Below, in pieces: positions 59,469 to 64,000 of a stretch of DNA of 64,000 nucleotides (positions are counted from its first letter, which is position 1; the number at the start of each line of letters is the position of its first letter). The notes under the pieces were generated by a model that worked only from the letters and a program-made list of their open reading frames with translations, was not told where the DNA came from and did no database searches. The DNA comes from a bacterium. GTDB taxonomy: Bacteria > UBA8248. The stretch lies in assembly GCA_965203325.1 (NCBI GenBank), contig OZ241875.1, positions 2,784,001 through 2,848,000 of the forward strand. The letters run 5' to 3'. Both the position numbers and the translations under genes were made by a program.

Positions 59469-59583
59469 GCTCCGCCTCATGAAGAGTCATTAACAGTCCA
59501 CCGGAAAGAGTCTACAATAATTTTCCGCACAGGGCGTGTCAATTTATGCGCTTGGCGAAGATGTTTCCGTTTCGGGGTGATTC

Positions 59584-61356
59584 ATGGACACTTTCGTGCT
59601 TCAGGCGATTGCGGCGGAATTGAGCGGGAATCTTCTCGGCGCGCGCCTGGATAGAATCTCCCAGACCGACGCGCACACGGTCGTCCTTTTTCTCTCGGGC
59701 GCGGGAAGAGAAAAACGCGCCCTCCTGATAAGCACGGAGCCTGCGCACCCCCGCGTTCACCTGACGTCGGACCCGCCCAGGAGCCTGCCCGAGGCGCCCA
59801 CGTTCTGCCGCGCGCTCAGAAAACACTTGAGCGGCCTTCGCCTCACCCGCGCGGCGGCGGGAGAGTGGGAGCGCGTTCTCCAGTTCTCCTTCGAGCGGGG
59901 GGGAGGCTCCGGCAGCGGCGATTCCTTCGCGCTCATGGCGGAGGTGATGGGGCGGTGGAGCAATCTCGTGCTCCTGAGCGGCGCGACGGGAGAGATATTG
60001 GAAGCCAAACGGCTGGTTCCGCCCGGCCCGCACACGCCGCGTCCTCTGGAGAGAGGGGGCCGGTATCAGCTGCCGCCCGAGCAGAAAAAGGCCAATCCCG
60101 CCGACCTCACCAAAGAAGTTCTTCTGGAGATGATTCACGGGGCGAAGCTCGACTCCGCCGACCAGGAGGAGTTCGCGCGGTGGCTGGTACGCTCGGTGGC
60201 GGGCGTGAGCCCGGCCCTGGCGCGTGAGATATCGGGTATTTCCAGACCCGATGAGGAGTGGTCGGGCGCGGTGGATGCGCTGATGGGGGCAATCGAAAAC
60301 TACCGGAAAAAAGAATTCGCACCCGCCTGGATTCTGGACGGGGGTGGAAACCCGGTCGGCCTGAATGCGGCTCAAATTCCCGAGGCGCGCTCGGCCTCAT
60401 ACCGCGCGTTCGGATCCATGAACGAGGCGGCGGATGCGTTTTACGGAAGCCTCGTCAATGACGACCGGCTTGATGAGCAGAAAAAAAGAGTCTCGAAGAT
60501 ACTCCGTCGCGCGGGGGATCGTGTGCGCGCCTCCATCGAGGCGGTGCGGGGGGATCTGGCTTCCGCCGAGGAGGCGGATGCGGTGTTGCGGAAAGGTGAG
60601 CTTCTGCTCGCGCATCTGGACGAGGTGGAGGAGAAGGCGAGTGCCGTTGCCGTTACTGTGGAGGATGTGCCTGTCGAAATCGCGCTCGACCCCAGGCTCA
60701 CGCCTTCTGAGAACGCGCAGAAGTATTTCCGCCGTTACAAGAAGCTCAAGCGCCGCGCCTCGACCGGGCTGGCGCGTCTCCAGGAGATGGAAGAAGAGGA
60801 GAGGTTCATCGCCGCGCTGGCCTTCGACCTGGAAACGGCGGATGAGGTCGGAGACGTCTTGAGTGTGGAAGAAGCGCTGGCGCAGACGGGCTATGCCTGG
60901 CGCGGGCGAGAGAAAAAGGCAAAAGACGCGCGCCCGAAGGGCAGGCAGGCGGCGCGCGCCAGGCCCTACAGGCGGTTCGTATCCCCCGCGGGCTGGGAGG
61001 TGGTCGTCGGCAAGAATGCCATGGGCAACGACGAGATGCTGAGAAGCGTGGGCCGGGCGAGCGATACATGGCTTCACGCGCGCGGGGTTCCGGGCAGCCA
61101 CGTGCTCTTGCGCCGCACGGATGGGGAGCCTGCAGCGCCGGATTCGGAAATGCTCGCCCAGGCGGCGGCGTTCGCGGCCTATTTCAGCCGGGGCCGGACG
61201 GACTCCAAGCTCCCGGTCGCCCATCTCCCGTTTTCGCGCCTGAGAAAACCCAAGGGGCGGCGTCCCGGGCAGGTCCTGCTCGGCGCGCACGAGACGATAC
61301 TCGTCGACCCGGATATGGGGCGTCGCCTGTGCGAGGAATGGGAGGAGGTCGGCTGA
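59584..61356 (+). CDS. rqcH: Ribosome quality-control RqcH/FbpA (NFACT) protein
   Basis: LRKHL, EVMGRWSN, ENAQKYF, VGKN, WLHARGVPGSHV. Confidence 0.88.
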   Translation: MDTFVLQAIAAELSGNLLGARLDRISQTDAHTVVLFLSGAGREKRALLISTEPAHPRVHLTSDPPRSLPEAPTFCRALRKHLSGLRLTRAAAGEWERVLQFSFERGGGSGSGDSFALMAEVMGRWSNLVLLSGATGEILEAKRLVPPGPHTPRPLERGGRYQLPPEQKKANPADLTKEVLLEMIHGAKLDSADQEEFARWLVRSVAGVSPALAREISGISRPDEEWSGAVDALMGAIENYRKKEFAPAWILDGGGNPVGLNAAQIPEARSASYRAFGSMNEAADAFYGSLVNDDRLDEQKKRVSKILRRAGDRVRASIEAVRGDLASAEEADAVLRKGELLLAHLDEVEEKASAVAVTVEDVPVEIALDPRLTPSENAQKYFRRYKKLKRRASTGLARLQEMEEEERFIAALAFDLETADEVGDVLSVEEALAQTGYAWRGREKKAKDARPKGRQAARARPYRRFVSPAGWEVVVGKNAMGNDEMLRSVGRASDTWLHARGVPGSHVLLRRTDGEPAAPDSEMLAQAAAFAAYFSRGRTDSKLPVAHLPFSRLRKPKGRRPGQVLLGAHETILVDPDMGRRLCEEWEEVG

Positions 61357-61384
61357 GGAAGGTTATCGAATGTTTTTCTGGCCT

Positions 61385-61412
61385 GTAGGGGCGGTTCGCG
61401 AACCGCCCCTGC
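61385..61412. repeat. GTAG-type REP-like palindrome
   Basis: GTAGGGGCGGTTCGCGAACCGCCCCTGC (one mismatch). Confidence 0.7.
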
Positions 61413-61586
61413 GACTATTTGAACCATCCGTTTTGGCGCATAGGTTCCGTTTACATATTGGTGCAGATACAACCCGGCTACAAAGAGGAGCAGAGTTGCG
61501 CATCTGACTCCTGGTCGATAGATTTACTTCTCACTACAGGTTCTGTTATTATACGTATGGTAAAGTTGCCTGTGGGGAGGAGCCAG

Positions 61587-61778
61587 ATGGACAATGAAGC
61601 CAGGCAGGCGTTCAAAAAGATTCATGATCGGTTCGATAGCTTGGAATCGAAAATGGATGAAGGGTTTGAAGAAGTGAAGAACATGATGGATCACGGGTTT
61701 AGCCAGTTACTCCCGGAAGAACAATGGCCCCCGAACGAACACGATCTCCAAAGGGCAGAAATTAGAAGGAAGCTATAA
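61587..61778 (+). CDS. Small coiled-coil hypothetical protein (63 aa)
   Basis: GGAGGAG RBS; helical heptad-like sequence; lower GC than neighbours. Confidence 0.55.
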   Translation: MDNEARQAFKKIHDRFDSLESKMDEGFEEVKNMMDHGFSQLLPEEQWPPNEHDLQRAEIRRKL

Positions 61779-61835
61779 CGCCAAGAATTCTCAGTTTCTA
61801 CGAGGCTTCTCCCAAGGAACTGTAATCTCAACAGC

Positions 61836-62255
61836 CTACTCCCCTTCCAGAATCCGCTTCAGATTCGCCAGTTCGCGTATGTTCCGGAGCGTGCCGTCGC
61901 GGTGTTTGGCCTGGTTCTCGTATTCATCGCACTCCACCGTGTGGAGCACGTGCGTGTAGGGGCCTTCTTCCTCGAAGTAGTAGCTGATGATCATGACGGG
62001 CGTTTTCGAGTCGCCCTCGAAGTTGTGCCAGACAATCTTTTTATACGGCTCCCATACCATCATCTCTGAAACATGCTCGGCCCCACTCGTGTAGACCTGG
62101 TGGAATCGGGTGCCCACCCCTGTTTTCTTCCCGGAAATGATTTTCACGCTCTGGCTGAAATCCGCGATTTGCGGATGCGTTTCCACGTGGCCGATGAAGT
62201 TAAACACCTCTTGGGCCTGTGCGCGTATTTTTTCGATGACAGCCACGGGAGGCAT
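61836..62255 (-). CDS. SRPBCC/polyketide cyclase-like protein
   Basis: GVGTRF, WEPYKKI, C-terminal LANLKRILE helix; AAGGAG RBS. Confidence 0.75.
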   Translation of the reverse strand: MPPVAVIEKIRAQAQEVFNFIGHVETHPQIADFSQSVKIISGKKTGVGTRFHQVYTSGAEHVSEMMVWEPYKKIVWHNFEGDSKTPVMIISYYFEEEGPYTHVLHTVECDEYENQAKHRDGTLRNIRELANLKRILEGE

Positions 62256-62267
62256 GAGCGTTCTCCT

Positions 62268-63431
62268 TTATAGAAATTTCGCCAGGACCTGATTGGCCAG
62301 AAGGGTTCCCTTATCCGATAGACGAAGCCGGCCGTTCTCCCTCGCTATGAGACCTGCGTTTTCCAGTTCGCAGAACAGTTCCCCGAAAGACTCTTCGGGG
62401 TCTGCACCGCATTCGCGCTCAATGTGCGCGAGTGAGACGCCCTCTTTCACCCGCAGGCCGAGCATCAGGGTCTCACCGATTGCTTTTTGCGGCTCATCCA
62501 CGCGCTCGGAGTTCGCGGTGGGGTCGCTTGCGCTGCGCGCATATATGTCGGGTCTGGCATGGTTCCAGAAGCGTTCCCCCTCGATGAGGGAATGCGCACC
62601 TGCGCCCAGTCCCAGGTAATCCCCCCGCCGCCAGTAGTTCAGGTTGTGCCTGCACGCGAAACCGGGCCTTGCGAAATTGCTGATCTCGTAACGCTCGTAG
62701 CCGGCCTCGGCGAGAGCCGCATCCCTGAGCTCCCACATGCGAAGCGCCGTCTCCTCATCGGGCAGGCCGTTCAACTCCCCTCGCCCTTGCCGTGCATGAA
62801 ACGCCGTGCCCGGCTCGATGGTCAGCTCATACGCGGAGAGATGCTCCGGCCCCAAATCGAGGGCGCGCTCGATGTCGCGCTCGGCCATGTCTATCGTCTG
62901 ATACGGAATACCGAACATGAGGTCGAGCGAGACGTTGGCGAAGCCCGCCTCGCGCGCGGAGCGAAACGCTTCTTGTGCGTCATCGCCCGTGTGCACCCGG
63001 TCGAGCCTTTTCAGCGCCGCATCGTCGAACGTCTGCACGCCGATGCTGATGCGGTTGACGCCCGCCTCTCTCAGCGCGCCGAAGCGCTCGGCCTCCGCCG
63101 CGCCGGGGTTCGCCTCCAAGGTGATCTCGCAATCTGAATCTAAATCGAACGTCGCGGTAACGAGGTCCAGAATCCGCCTTGTTTCTTCCGCCGGGAACAG
63201 CGAGGGCGTTCCCCCGCCGAAAAATATCGTGCCGACCTCCCGGCCCTCCAAAGAGAACTGCTCGACGCGGCTTTTGATTTCCTCGGTCAGCGCGTCCGCA
63301 TAGCGGCGCGCCCAGTCCTCGGGTGCATGGCCTTTTTCCAGGAGCGTGTCCAGGGCGTAGGAGTTGAAATCGCAATAGCCGCACTTGGCGATGCAGAAGG
63401 GAATATGGACGTAGAGCGATAGCGGTTTCAT
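62268..63431 (-). CDS. hemW: Radical SAM heme chaperone
   Basis: YVHIPFCIAKCGYCDF, GGGTPS, YEISNF, HNLNYW. Confidence 0.92.
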   Translation of the reverse strand: MKPLSLYVHIPFCIAKCGYCDFNSYALDTLLEKGHAPEDWARRYADALTEEIKSRVEQFSLEGREVGTIFFGGGTPSLFPAEETRRILDLVTATFDLDSDCEITLEANPGAAEAERFGALREAGVNRISIGVQTFDDAALKRLDRVHTGDDAQEAFRSAREAGFANVSLDLMFGIPYQTIDMAERDIERALDLGPEHLSAYELTIEPGTAFHARQGRGELNGLPDEETALRMWELRDAALAEAGYERYEISNFARPGFACRHNLNYWRRGDYLGLGAGAHSLIEGERFWNHARPDIYARSASDPTANSERVDEPQKAIGETLMLGLRVKEGVSLAHIERECGADPEESFGELFCELENAGLIARENGRLRLSDKGTLLANQVLAKFL

Positions 63432-63525
63432 GGCGCGGTATTTTCCCGGTAAATTATAAGCCCCAAATTCTTTGTTGATATGATACCCTTCCTTTCCATC
63501 ATTTGGGAGATCAGGAGGAACAGGG

Positions 63526-64000
63526 GTGGTCGTTCACACGCTGTCCACCGAAGAGAGGCTGCGCGTCATCCAGCGGGTGGGGCACGTGCTCAACTCGAGC
63601 CTGGACATGGAAGTCGTCTTAAGCCGCGTGGCGCACGAGGCGAAGGCGATATTCCCGCTGGATCATTTCGTCCTCTATCTCGTGAACCCCGACAAGAAGA
63701 CCTACACCATGCGGGCGCTCGTATCGAGCGACGAAATACTCGAAGCCCCCCATGAGGACATCCCGCTCGAAGGCGGCACGCTGGGCTGGCTCATCGAGCA
63801 CCGCGAAGCGCCGTATGTGATTTACAAGGATTTGGACTTGGAGCGCCCCTTCGCGGAGGATGAAGATGTTTTCCGGCGCGGGATGAGAAGCGGGATCCGC
63901 GCGCCGCTCGTCATCGGCGATGACGTTTTCGGCGAGGTCGCCGTGGCCAGCACCATGCCCGATCAGTTCACCGAGGAGATGGCGGAGTTTCTCTGCGAAC
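63526..64000 (+). CDS. GAF-domain protein, 3'-partial (absent from the ORF track)
   Basis: AGGAGG RBS and GTG; open to the window end: LNSSLDMEVVL, GTLGWL, GMRSGIRAPLVIGDDVFG. Confidence 0.8.
   Translation, partial: MVVHTLSTEERLRVIQRVGHVLNSSLDMEVVLSRVAHEAKAIFPLDHFVLYLVNPDKKTYTMRALVSSDEILEAPHEDIPLEGGTLGWLIEHREAPYVIYKDLDLERPFAEDEDVFRRGMRSGIRAPLVIGDDVFGEVAVASTMPDQFTEEMAEFLCE

Overview
Bacterial chromosomal window with no rRNA, tRNA, CRISPR array or intact transposase. The left half (1 to ~31 kb, about 50% GC by spot counts) holds mixed metabolic and core genes: a thiol-dioxygenase-like cupin, SDRs, two DinB-like paralogs, a DUF3604-like hydrolase, tandem MATE pumps, an MscS-family channel, nadA-nadC, MmgE/PrpD, tupABC, a stand-alone dnaN, thrC, a PTPS and a ferredoxin. 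The right half (about 65-70% GC) holds core genes (tsaC, purE, RidA, rarA, pyrF, UDG, coaBC, gmk, yicC, rqcH, hemW) and a ~19 kb lipid/polyketide locus at 33.7-52.3 kb. That locus has a sup-like type I PKS (KS-AT-DH-MT-ER-KR-ACP-KS-AT0), two free-standing ACPs, an Sfp-type PPTase, an NCS2 permease and an alpha/beta hydrolase, the gene set described from sponge symbionts. It converges on a three-gene operon of two PhyH-fold Fe(II)/2OG enzymes and a Rieske oxygenase. The top finding is that both Fe/2OG enzymes carry H-x-G instead of H-x-D/E, the signature of radical aliphatic halogenases, suggesting a sup-PKS-linked halogenated or oxidised lipid pathway. All calls come from motif reading; no database searches were run.
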